This document shows positions 34,819-42,398 of a stretch of 42,398 nt of DNA, piece by piece. Every line of letters starts with the position of its first letter. Positions within the stretch are counted from its first letter, which is position 1. The stretch lies in the IMG/VR virus record IMGVR_UViG_3300007959_000005, positions 1 to 42,398 of that record; one strand, given 5' to 3'. Both the position numbers and the translations under genes were made by a program. Under the pieces are notes generated by a model. That model made no database searches. It saw only the letters and a list, made by a program, of their open reading frames with translations, and was not told where the DNA came from. The stretch is from a virus (taxonomy: Duplodnaviria; Caudoviricetes).

Positions 34819-35054
34819 GTCTCTTCAGTGACCAGCATTGTGCTGATCACCCTGGCGTGGTAGCGGCAGCTGCAGACGATGGAGGTCGGCTCAGGCCGCT
34901 GGATACCTCCGGTGTCAAGCCTCTGCCCGGTCTTGGGGTGTGGCTTGCGCTCGTAGGGGACCGTGCCACACTGGGGGCACTCCGCCTCTCCGCGGTAAAA
35001 TGGGGGCTTCAACGGTTTTTCCGGTGCCATGCCATGTCTCCTTTGGCTGCTCAT
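34815..35054 (-). CDS. Small Zn-ribbon-like early protein
   Basis: CPQC...CSC. Confidence 0.5.
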   Translation of the reverse strand: MSSQRRHGMAPEKPLKPPFYRGEAECPQCGTVPYERKPHPKTGQRLDTGGIQRPEPTSIVCSCRYHARVISTMLVTEET

Positions 35055-35118
35055 CAGACCTGGAGCGCCGCCTCCAGATGACGACCACCCCGTGGGGATC
35101 CACGAGATGGTCGTTTCG

Positions 35119-35316
35119 CTACGGGATCGGTATCAGTTTAAAACCAAACCTCTTGATGCTGCTTTCGTGAGCCCACCTATTGGGGGGGGCAATCATGATG
35201 ATCGGGTCAACCGATCCGTTCTTGAAGGTGTAAGGGATGACCTCCCCTTCGGTAGAGCTGCATTCTGCGAGCGGGCAGCAAGGGTGCCCCAGGTTGTCAG
35301 TTATCCGTACTCTCAT
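35119..35316 (-). CDS. Hypothetical early protein (MRVRITDN...)
   Basis: AGGAGG RBS upstream. Confidence 0.5.
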   Translation of the reverse strand: MRVRITDNLGHPCCPLAECSSTEGEVIPYTFKNGSVDPIIMIAPPNRWAHESSIKRFGFKLIPIP

Positions 35317-35318
35317 GG

Positions 35319-35516
35319 TCACGCCTCCTTTGTTGGCGGGTCCGGCAGATGGCGCCAGTGGGTCACCGGGGTGCGGCAGGGCCACCCGGAAAGATCCTGC
35401 CATTTCTCCCCATCGTGGTACCCCATCCAGACCGGCTCGCTGGCCGAATCCGGCTCGTATATGAGCACTGTGGTGTCGCTATCGGGGAGCTGCTCTTCGG
35501 TCGAAATCCAGGTCAT
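35319..35516 (-). CDS. DUF551-like protein
   Basis: WISTEEQLP...VTHWRHLPDPP. Confidence 0.85.
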   Translation of the reverse strand: MTWISTEEQLPDSDTTVLIYEPDSASEPVWMGYHDGEKWQDLSGWPCRTPVTHWRHLPDPPTKEA

Positions 35517-35527
35517 GGCACCCTCCC

Positions 35528-36148
35528 CTACAACGAGGCCAGATCGAGGTTGATCAGCTTGTAGCTGTCGTCCTCCTGGCGCTCGTAGATCCTGATATAT
35601 GCCTTGGAGCCGGCGACCTGGATGCTTTCGCCGATGGCGTCCATGGCGCGCTTCCAGGTGGGGTCGTCTATGTTGAGCTGGCGCAGCCCGAGGATGCGCT
35701 TCAAGTTCACCCGGCCAGCCTGATTAACCTGGAAGGCATCCATGACCAGGGCGCGGATCTTGGCGTCGGAACCGTCGCTCCAGGCGCTGATGCACTCGTC
35801 TACCAGGGCCTTGGCAACCTGCAGGCGCTCGTCGTAGGTCAGGAACTCTCCGATGTCCTTGCAGACCTTGTACTGGCCGTCGTAGCTCCTGAGCGTGATG
35901 TTGCCTTTCACGCCGCCCAGGGTGGTGCTGAAGGCCTCGGCGGAGATACTGGTGAAGGCCTTGATGTCGGCATCGGCGGCTGCCTTGAAGCCTTTGACGG
36001 ACTCGGCGAGGACCTGGGCGGCGGCGACGATCCGGCGCACAGTCTGGTCGCGCAGCTTGTCGATCTCTTTCACGGTCTCCACCGGCACCAGGCGGCCCAG
36101 GGAGTCCTTCATGTAACCTGCGGGTACTGCGTTTGCTGTCTGCTCCAT
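35528..36148 (-). CDS. DUF3164-family Mu-like early protein
   Basis: GYMKDSLGRLVP, GGVKGNITLRSYDG, AKALVDECI and SKAYIRIYER motifs. Confidence 0.9.
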   Translation of the reverse strand: MEQTANAVPAGYMKDSLGRLVPVETVKEIDKLRDQTVRRIVAAAQVLAESVKGFKAAADADIKAFTSISAEAFSTTLGGVKGNITLRSYDGQYKVCKDIGEFLTYDERLQVAKALVDECISAWSDGSDAKIRALVMDAFQVNQAGRVNLKRILGLRQLNIDDPTWKRAMDAIGESIQVAGSKAYIRIYERQEDDSYKLINLDLASL

Positions 36149-36163
36149 GGTGGTACTCCTTTG

Positions 36164-36358
36164 CTAGTTGTGTTTGAGCCTGCTGGGCACGATGCGAGGC
36201 GCGGCCAGGGCGCCGGAGATGGTGAGCCGCACGGCCAGGTTGGTGGCGCGATGGTCGGAAAGCGACCGGGCGCGCCGCTCTTCGCTGGAGGTGGTAACGA
36301 GCCATTTAACCCACTTGTAAACCCGCTTTACGGTACGTGTGACGGTCGGTTTGAACAC
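36164..36358 (-). CDS. Small basic hypothetical protein
   Basis: AGGAGGAG RBS before a GTG start. Confidence 0.5.
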   Translation of the reverse strand: MFKPTVTRTVKRVYKWVKWLVTTSSEERRARSLSDHRATNLAVRLTISGALAAPRIVPSRLKHN

Positions 36359-36369
36359 GATCTCCTCCT

Positions 36370-36498
36370 TTAGCAGTGCGGCATGTCGTCGATGGCTTCC
36401 TTGGCGGCCAGCTCATTGTCGGAGCGGCTGACCCGGAAGCAGGCGAGGATACAGATGCCGGCCCAGACTCCGGCGTAAAAGGCGATAAAGTAGCTCAT
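36370..36498 (-). CDS. Small membrane protein (MSYFIAFYAGVWAG...)
   Basis: GAGGAG RBS, ATGA overlap, one TM segment. Confidence 0.5.
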   Translation of the reverse strand: MSYFIAFYAGVWAGICILACFRVSRSDNELAAKEAIDDMPHC

Positions 36499-36806
36499 TT
36501 TTTCTCCTCGCAGTCGCGGCAGGCGGTCCACAGCTCGACCCGTGCCGGGTTGACGGTAATGAAGGGGAGCGCCCGGTTGTAGGCGCACTTGCCCAGGGTT
36601 ATCTCCCCCTGCAGCGGGCAGCGGACGATGGTGCCACCGTAGACTTCGTCAACCCGGGTGAGCAGGTTGGTGAGGTTGCCCTGGTAGCTCCCCTTGATGG
36701 CCTGGTTGATGGCCGAGGGGGAGTAGCGCAGCTTCTTGGCTACGGCGACCTGGCTGGACTCTTCGCACTTGGTCCGCAGCAGTTCGAGCAGATCAGGCTG
36801 CGTCAT
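36495..36806 (-). CDS. HTH protein with a C-terminal Cys motif, typical after Mu B
   Basis: SQVAVAKKLRYSPSAINQ..GSYQG; CP..G.I....C; C..C. Confidence 0.8.
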   Translation of the reverse strand: MTQPDLLELLRTKCEESSQVAVAKKLRYSPSAINQAIKGSYQGNLTNLLTRVDEVYGGTIVRCPLQGEITLGKCAYNRALPFITVNPARVELWTACRDCEEKK

Positions 36807-37215
36807 GGGTTACCTCGTTTTCCAGCCGGTCCTTGATAAGCTTGGCGCCTTCTTTGATGGCGGCCTTTTTGTTTCTTTGCCGCTGTGCCTTTGTCTGTGT
36901 CTCTCTGTCTGTCTCTGTCTGTCTCTTCTGGTTTTTGGAGCAGGCCTTCGCGCTGAAAGGACGGCCGCAGTTTTGACATACCGGCGGTAGGCTTGGACTA
37001 TCGATGGCCTGGGAATATACCTGACGCTTCAGCTGGTACACCTTCGCCACGTAGCCGTGGATTTCAAGCTCGCGCAGGAGAGACCTCCCCTTGCGCACGC
37101 TGAGCCCGCTCACTACGCTGGGCAGTTCGGAGATCGCTGCTGATTTGAGGATTAACAGGCTGCGCCAGATGTTGCGGCGTAGCTGATCATTCGATGTCCT
37201 ATCTACCGTTCCCAT
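36793..37215 (-). CDS. Winged-helix-like hypothetical protein
   Basis: Coupled to B (TAATG); IWRSLLIL..LRELEIHGYV; CQNC. Confidence 0.65.
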   Translation of the reverse strand: MGTVDRTSNDQLRRNIWRSLLILKSAAISELPSVVSGLSVRKGRSLLRELEIHGYVAKVYQLKRQVYSQAIDSPSLPPVCQNCGRPFSAKACSKNQKRQTETDRETQTKAQRQRNKKAAIKEGAKLIKDRLENEVTHDAA

Positions 37216-37982
37216 TACAGTGCTCCTTTGGGTCCGCCTTTTTTACCTTTGCCGAAGATGGGCTGGTCGAAGTAGAGGGGGCGCTCGCCCCAGTTGCTGC
37301 GGGTGACTGTGCCAAGGTCGTTGGCACGGGCGAATTTCTCGATCTTGTCGAGGCCGACCTTGATGCGGCCCACGTTGCCGACGGTCTCGGCATGCACGTA
37401 TTCGATCAGGTCGGGCGCCAGCTTCACCTCGCAGCACTGCTCGGCGACCAGGGCGGTGTCTTCGATGTCGAGGCCTTTGAACTCGACCCACTGGGTGAGC
37501 CGGCGAGCAAAGCGGCCGTTCTCCTGCAGGCGCCGGGCGATGTCCTCCATGCCGACCAGGATGACGGGGCAGCCGGAGATGTCGTAGATGTCGCGCAGGC
37601 TGTCCATGATGTCGAACTGTTTGATGCAGTAGTCGGCCTCGTCGACGATGATGGGACGGGGCACGGGTTTGGGCTCGCCGGCGACGCCGCGGGTGAGTTT
37701 AGTGACGATGTACTCGACCATGTCGGAGCGTCGGCACTTGCGCTCTCCGCCCAGGTAGCGGCAGATGTCGCCCAGGATGCTGGTGACGGTGGAGCAGCCC
37801 AGGGCACGGATGTAGACGGCGTCGTAATCGTTGGCCAGCAGGGTGAGAGCGGTGGTTTTGCCGGTACCGGGCTTGCCCCAGACTACCCCCTGCCCTTCTA
37901 CGCCCTTGGAGCGGTTCAAGAGCTCGTAGATCCCCTGGTCGAAGCGGCGGACGTCTTTGGTCTTTACGGTGACATGTTTCAT
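37215..37982 (-). CDS. Transposition ATPase (MuB-like AAA+)
   Basis: Walker A GKPGTGKT, Walker B IIVDEAD, LRDIYD and PVILVGM motifs. Confidence 0.95.
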   Translation of the reverse strand: MKHVTVKTKDVRRFDQGIYELLNRSKGVEGQGVVWGKPGTGKTTALTLLANDYDAVYIRALGCSTVTSILGDICRYLGGERKCRRSDMVEYIVTKLTRGVAGEPKPVPRPIIVDEADYCIKQFDIMDSLRDIYDISGCPVILVGMEDIARRLQENGRFARRLTQWVEFKGLDIEDTALVAEQCCEVKLAPDLIEYVHAETVGNVGRIKVGLDKIEKFARANDLGTVTRSNWGERPLYFDQPIFGKGKKGGPKGAL

Positions 37983-38032
37983 CTGATATATTCCTCCTGA
38001 TGGTTGAATCCCCCATTGTGGGGGTGTTGAAG

Positions 38033-38065
38033 ACCGCCGGTGATCGCAACACCGGCGGTTTTTTT
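38033..38065. terminator. Hairpin between A and B (T-tract on the + strand)
   Basis: 10-bp stem ACCGCCGGTG/CACCGGCGGT followed by T7. Confidence 0.6.
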
Positions 38066-40346
38066 ATTCTTCATTCTGCGTTTCTCGCTGATCCTCCGGG
38101 TCCCTCAGACAGTAGGGATCGGCCTTGAACAGCCCCAGGTGCTTCTTGGTTTCATCCCAGTACTCGTAGTCCTTTTTCCACTGCAGCTGATAGGCGCTGG
38201 CGTTGCCCTCCTTTATACGGTCGAGCACCATGAAGTAGACATCGAGGAAGCTGGAAACGTCGCGCAGCTTGCGGGACTCGGACAGGCTCACCACCTTCTG
38301 CCGGCGCTCCTCTTCGCCTTTCAGCAGTTCGGCGGAAAGCTCGATGTGGGTTGGTGCCACCTCTATGGCCGGGCGCTGCGCCTCGCTGCGCACCATCTCC
38401 AGCTTGCGCTCCAGGTTTGAGCCGCGGCGGTTCTCGCGGTCCATGACGGCCTTCTCAACCTGGGCGACCGGGCGGGCATGTACCTTGTTGCCCTGCCACT
38501 TGGCCACGCAGACCGGGCGTTCTTCCAGGTCGAGCACCCAGACCTTGGAGGCGTCGTGGATGTCGTAGGCGGCTATCATGTCGCGTTCGTGCCACTGGCA
38601 GAGCTCGTAGGCGTGGTAGGAGTTGCCCAGCAGGGTGAACTTCTCGCGCTTCACGGTGATGCGCTCGTGCGGCATCATCAGGTGCTCCAGCATGTCGCCC
38701 TCGTAGACCGTGGGCTGCCAGCCGTCGGCCACCGCCTGGGCCCAGGCCTCGAAGGGGGTCATGTGGCGGCGCACGGGCTTGCCCTGGGCGTTGCCGACCG
38801 GCGGCGCGCTGATCTTGGGCAGTGCGCTGTGCGGGGTGTTGTTGTAGTCGATCACCCAGTGCTCCAGGAAGTCGAGGAACTCTCTCCAGCTGAGGAGCAG
38901 CTCGGAGGTTTTCTCCACCTGGCCCATCAGCCCCTGGTCCTTGGCCTTCTTCAGGTCGCGCTCCAGGCGGGTGTAGACTTTCTTGCGGACTACGCGGTCC
39001 ATGTCCTTGCCGGTGTAGGTCGGCAGGGTCTTGGCGGCGCGGATCCAGACGGACTGGTTGGAGCGCTCTACCCCGCCGTGCCCCTGGGGGTTGCCGCCGC
39101 GCTCGGGGGGCAGGAATGTGGTGCCGACGCGGGAGAAGATGCCGAAGAACTCATCGGAGTTGACCCCCGCCATGTTGCCGGCGCCACGGTCGGCCTCAAG
39201 CATGGCTATGACTCCGCCCCAGGGCTTCTGCTCGTTGACGGTGCAGGCATGGCGGAAGGCATCGGCGACGGTGCGCCAGCTCTCGGCGAGGCCCGAAGAC
39301 CAGCCGACCAGGGCCTTGGTGGTGAGGCAGATCACGCCGCAGACCTCGGGGTGAAAGTGGGCTCCGGTGACCGGGTGGGCCACGTAGGCCTTGAAGCTGT
39401 GGCCGTCGATCTGGCACAGGGTCATGGGGTGGTACTCGGAGGCGTCGCGCTCGGCATAGCCCTGGATGGCCTTGTACTCGGCGCCGGTGAGGCGGCCCTT
39501 CTGCAGGTAGATCTCGGGGATCTTCTTGCAGATCCGGTCCACCTGGTCGTAGGAGGGGGCCTCGATGCCGGCGGGGAGCACCTTGTTCATCCGTTTCAGT
39601 GCGAAGGCCATGGAGGGTTTGCTGGACATGCGAAAATGGTCGAGAAAGTAAGGGAGCCAGGCGGGGATCCCCTGGGCGAGGCAGACCATAGGGGCCTTGG
39701 AATCATAGTCGCGCACCCAGTTTATAAGGTCCCGCTGAGGGAGTTTTTCGGTGTGTTTGGGCGCCAGGGCCACGGGGTTGTGGCCCGACTTCTGCCAGGT
39801 CGACCACCACTTCATAAGGCCGTCGTAGGACAGGGTACGGCCGAAGCCTTTTCTGGCATTGGCCAGCTCTGCCATGTGCCTGGTTTCCTCGGGCAGCGTT
39901 CCTTCCTGGGCTTTATCGGCGATGCTTCTGATGGCGTTGTTGAGGGTGAGGCCGGTCTTGATGGCCCGCTCGATGTAGCGCATGAAGTAGATGCGTGCGT
40001 CCATGGTTTCACGCTGGAATTTCTTCAGCTCATCCAGGACCGGGAGGTTGGTTTGGGGGATGGTTGCGGGGAGGTTATCCGCCTTAACTGCGGGCAGGTT
40101 TGCTGTAGCATTTGTGGGGTGGTCGGCAAACATATTCTGATCGTGCAGCCAGGCGTCACGATGTGCCGCGGGGATGGCCGGATCGGTGATGTGAATCTGC
40201 CAAATTTGCCCTCCGCGAGAGCCTTTTCCGTCCACTTTTTGCTGGCGAGTTTTGGTGTATTTGCCGCGCTTGATACCCTTCAAAAGGGTATCTTCTTTGA
40301 CGCTTAAAATGTCCGATATCGCTTTTATGCTTAGCCAGCCGCCCAT
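38064..40346 (-). CDS. DDE transposase (MuA-like)
   Basis: CQIDGH, EADRGAG and GHGGVER catalytic motifs; YNNTPHSAL; Mu-transposase C-terminal region. Confidence 0.95.
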   Translation of the reverse strand: MGGWLSIKAISDILSVKEDTLLKGIKRGKYTKTRQQKVDGKGSRGGQIWQIHITDPAIPAAHRDAWLHDQNMFADHPTNATANLPAVKADNLPATIPQTNLPVLDELKKFQRETMDARIYFMRYIERAIKTGLTLNNAIRSIADKAQEGTLPEETRHMAELANARKGFGRTLSYDGLMKWWSTWQKSGHNPVALAPKHTEKLPQRDLINWVRDYDSKAPMVCLAQGIPAWLPYFLDHFRMSSKPSMAFALKRMNKVLPAGIEAPSYDQVDRICKKIPEIYLQKGRLTGAEYKAIQGYAERDASEYHPMTLCQIDGHSFKAYVAHPVTGAHFHPEVCGVICLTTKALVGWSSGLAESWRTVADAFRHACTVNEQKPWGGVIAMLEADRGAGNMAGVNSDEFFGIFSRVGTTFLPPERGGNPQGHGGVERSNQSVWIRAAKTLPTYTGKDMDRVVRKKVYTRLERDLKKAKDQGLMGQVEKTSELLLSWREFLDFLEHWVIDYNNTPHSALPKISAPPVGNAQGKPVRRHMTPFEAWAQAVADGWQPTVYEGDMLEHLMMPHERITVKREKFTLLGNSYHAYELCQWHERDMIAAYDIHDASKVWVLDLEERPVCVAKWQGNKVHARPVAQVEKAVMDRENRRGSNLERKLEMVRSEAQRPAIEVAPTHIELSAELLKGEEERRQKVVSLSESRKLRDVSSFLDVYFMVLDRIKEGNASAYQLQWKKDYEYWDETKKHLGLFKADPYCLRDPEDQRETQNEE

Positions 40347-40382
40347 ATGCCCATCCCGTTGAAATAAATAGAATTTATACTG

Positions 40383-40442
40383 TGTCCGATATTCATTTCA
40401 TGTCCGATATCTCTGTCCGTTATTCGGATGCGATATCGGACA
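40383..40442. promoter_or_regulatory. Cluster of TGTCCGATAT repeats between ner and A
   Basis: Copies at 40383, 40401 and 40414 (TGTCCGTTAT), an inverted copy at 40433-40442, and one more at 40310. Confidence 0.65.
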
Positions 40443-40443
40443 A

Positions 40444-40638
40444 CTACGCTGCTCTTTTGGACGGTGCCTTCTTGAGTAAGGCATCAATGTGATCGGAAAT
40501 GCGTTGACTCTTACGGATGCCATGTATTACCTGATGGACACTCTGTACGCTGACTCCGAGTTCGATCGCGATCTGCGACTGCGTCGTTTTGAGCCGGAGC
40601 AAAGCCACCTTTATTTCAGTTGCCTTGTTGGTTGCCAT
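40444..40638 (-). CDS. ner: Ner/Cro-like HTH regulator
   Basis: EIKVALL...TQSQIA.ELGVS..SV..VI.G; divergent from the repressor. Confidence 0.85.
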   Translation of the reverse strand: MATNKATEIKVALLRLKTTQSQIAIELGVSVQSVHQVIHGIRKSQRISDHIDALLKKAPSKRAA

Positions 40639-40676
40639 TTGTTAATCTCCGTCAGCCTTAATTTTTAGCTACTGAT

Positions 40677-40705
40677 TTTATAATTCGGATGGTCCGAAAT
40701 GTCAA
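40677..40705 (-). promoter_or_regulatory. Early promoter TTGACA-N17-TATAAA with the palindromic operator TTCGGA-TGG-TCCGAA in its spacer
   Basis: -35 at 40705-40700, -10 at 40682-40677, palindrome at 40684-40698; a second related palindrome lies at 40714-40728. Confidence 0.75.
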
Positions 40706-41466
40706 ACCCTAAAATCGGTTCGTCCGATAATATTTTTGGTAAAACCCTGCGTGAGGCCCGCAAGACGCTAGGCCTCACACAGGCCAATTTTGCCGAACCA
40801 CTTAGTATCACTGGCAGTTATGTATCTGATATCGAGAAGGGAAAGGCAATACCCTCCGAGGCGGTTGTCAGAGAGATATCCGAAGTTTATCGGATAAACC
40901 GAGAACGGTTAAAAGCTGGGAGTGGTGATCTGTTTGTTCCTCACCAAGACGTAAAGCCCAACAAGGCGCTTTTTGGTGACAAGGAACTACGGTGGGGTGA
41001 GACAGGCATACAGCACACTGATTATCACGAGCTTCCACCGGTTCCGCCGAAAGGGTATGTCACAGTTCCACAGTACGAGGTAGCGGCAAGCGCTGGCGGA
41101 GGCGCACTGGTGCATTCTGAGCAGATTGTAGATCACCTGGCCTTTAAAGCGGATTGGCTTAAGGCCACCCTAGGCCTCACACCAGGTCACATCGCAGTGA
41201 TCAGCGTGATTGGCGATAGCATGGAACCGTATCTGGCAGAGGGAGACCTAATCCTGGTTGACCTGGATACTCACCATATTGAGAACAACGCGGTTTACGT
41301 TCTTCAGTTTGCGGATTCTCTGTTAGTAAAGCGCGTCCAGGTCAAACTTGATGGTGAGGTGATTGTAAAGAGTGACAACCCGCGCTATGATACTGAGACT
41401 TTCAGAGGTGAGGCTGCTGAGCGGCTGCGTGTGGTAGGCAGAATGGTGCGAAGGCTGGTTAGATAG
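40699..41466 (+). CDS. CI-like repressor: XRE HTH plus S24 autopeptidase
   Basis: N-terminal HTH; ASAGGG cleavage site, GDSMEP serine and LLVKR lysine. Confidence 0.93.
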   Translation: MSNPKIGSSDNIFGKTLREARKTLGLTQANFAEPLSITGSYVSDIEKGKAIPSEAVVREISEVYRINRERLKAGSGDLFVPHQDVKPNKALFGDKELRWGETGIQHTDYHELPPVPPKGYVTVPQYEVAASAGGGALVHSEQIVDHLAFKADWLKATLGLTPGHIAVISVIGDSMEPYLAEGDLILVDLDTHHIENNAVYVLQFADSLLVKRVQVKLDGEVIVKSDNPRYDTETFRGEAAERLRVVGRMVRRLVR

Positions 41467-41487
41467 TAGGTTTAAAGGGGGGGTTAC

Positions 41488-42063
41488 ATGCGGAATATAG
41501 TTGCGCTGATTGCAATTTTGCTGGTGTCTGTTTCTGTCTTTGGTTGCGACAACAAAGCTACAAATACCCAACAGAGTCAGCAAAAGGATACGACACCTGA
41601 GATATCTCTAGCCTCTAACAAGCTAGATTTCAATACATCTGACAAGTCCATAACTGCAAATAACAACTTGGTTGTAGCAGCCGACAGACTCAAGGGCGAA
41701 CAGGCCGGTAGCCTTTTAGGTAAGTCAGAGAAAGTTGTAGCATCAAAGCTGACTAAAAGTCCTTACTCCTCTCTGGGCAAAATTTTTAGGATATCAGGTA
41801 GGGTTTACAAAGTAGAAGAACTACCACCGAGTCTTGGTTTAAAAGGTTCCTGGGGAGAAATCCTCATGCTGGTAGGCAATCCCAATTCCCCTTTGGGCGC
41901 TACGACCGTTGACTTCATTTATAACGGCGATATCTCCCAGATAAATTCCGGCCAGAGTATAACTTGCTCAGGATATTTTGTAGGCACTTTTGATAGCCCG
42001 AACGCTATGGGCGGCACTGTTGAAGCTGTTGTCCTGGTCGGTAACAGCGTGAAGCATTTGTAG
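41488..42063 (+). CDS. Lipoprotein co-transcribed with the repressor (putative lysogenic conversion/exclusion)
   Basis: Lipobox VFGC after a hydrophobic leader; visibly lower GC. Confidence 0.75.
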   Translation: MRNIVALIAILLVSVSVFGCDNKATNTQQSQQKDTTPEISLASNKLDFNTSDKSITANNNLVVAADRLKGEQAGSLLGKSEKVVASKLTKSPYSSLGKIFRISGRVYKVEELPPSLGLKGSWGEILMLVGNPNSPLGATTVDFIYNGDISQINSGQSITCSGYFVGTFDSPNAMGGTVEAVVLVGNSVKHL

Positions 42064-42093
42064 GCGATCACCACCAATCGGTCCAGAGTAGCC

Positions 42094-42275
42094 CACTGCC
42101 AAATGGACCGCGAATATTTGCTAAATTTTCCCCTACTGCCAAATCAAACCCGAAATAGCGCCACGACTGTACCTAGAAGTTTGCCCCAACTTTCCCACAA
42201 GAAAACACACACTTGCCTCAGACCGATCCGAATATTCCTAATAGCTTACACTGCCTAACTGATTCCTTCATCACA
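42094..42275 (-). repeat. Three transposase-binding sites at the repressor-proximal end (Mu L1-L3-like)
   Basis: CACTGCCAAATGGACCGCGAAT (42094), TACTGCCAAATCAAACCCGAAA (42134) and CACTGCCTAACTGATTCCTTCA (42249), then TCACA. Confidence 0.85.
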
Positions 42276-42398
42276 CATCTGGGGCCTGGGCGCCGACTGC
42301 TGCATCGACAACCTGGACGACATCGCCCGCGCCGACAGCCTGATGGACGACATCGGGATCGACTCCATCGAAACCGCGGTCATGTTCGGCGTCGCCAT
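42276..42398 (+). other. Host flank: internal fragment of an aldehyde ferredoxin oxidoreductase-family gene
   Basis: IWGLGADCCIDNLDDIARADSLMDDIGIDSIETAVMFGVA matches the AOR segment following EYET, including the DxxGxD motif. Confidence 0.75.

Larger units (their letters stand above)
110..42275 (-). mobile_element. Mu-like transposable (pro)phage with a contractile tail, apparently complete
   Basis: Mu gene order (repressor, ner, A, B, gemA, mor, lysis, gp26-gp32, head, sheath/tube, gp43-48). The ends align as TGTTGCGGCGCGCGCGATTTGGCAGTG (110-136) and, in reverse complement, TGTGATGAAGGAATCAGTTAGGCAGTG (42275-42249). Confidence 0.95.

Noticed and set aside
40035-40110. Three NLP(A/V) repeats in the transposase
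   Set aside because: Most likely a low-complexity interdomain linker.
38478-40307. 609-aa + strand ORF
   Set aside because: Antisense shadow of the transposase.

Overview
The window is an essentially complete Mu-like transposable myophage genome of about 42.2 kb (110..42275). It has TGT...ACA ends with 22-bp transposase-binding repeats. Short host fragments from two unrelated genes flank it, with no target-site duplication; the right flank encodes part of an aldehyde ferredoxin oxidoreductase-like gene. Almost all genes are on the minus strand. Reading right to left they are: S24 repressor and a lipoprotein (both +), ner, transposase A, ATPase B, small early genes, a complete diversity-generating retroelement (DGR), gemA, mor, lysis, packaging, head, tail and a tailspike. 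The host is probably Geobacteraceae (inference). Main points of interest: (1) seven late-operon proteins, including the major capsid protein and the tailspike, start with canonical Sec/SPase I signal peptides; (2) the DGR diversifies two tandem cytoplasmic DUF1566-like early proteins rather than a tail fibre; (3) a deleted and frameshifted bacterioferritin gene sits at the head operon; (4) the phage carries an HgtR-like repressor; (5) there is a Mu-type -2 tail-chaperone frameshift site; (6) an early gene is split at a C9 tract. All family calls come from motif recognition and synteny, not from database searches.
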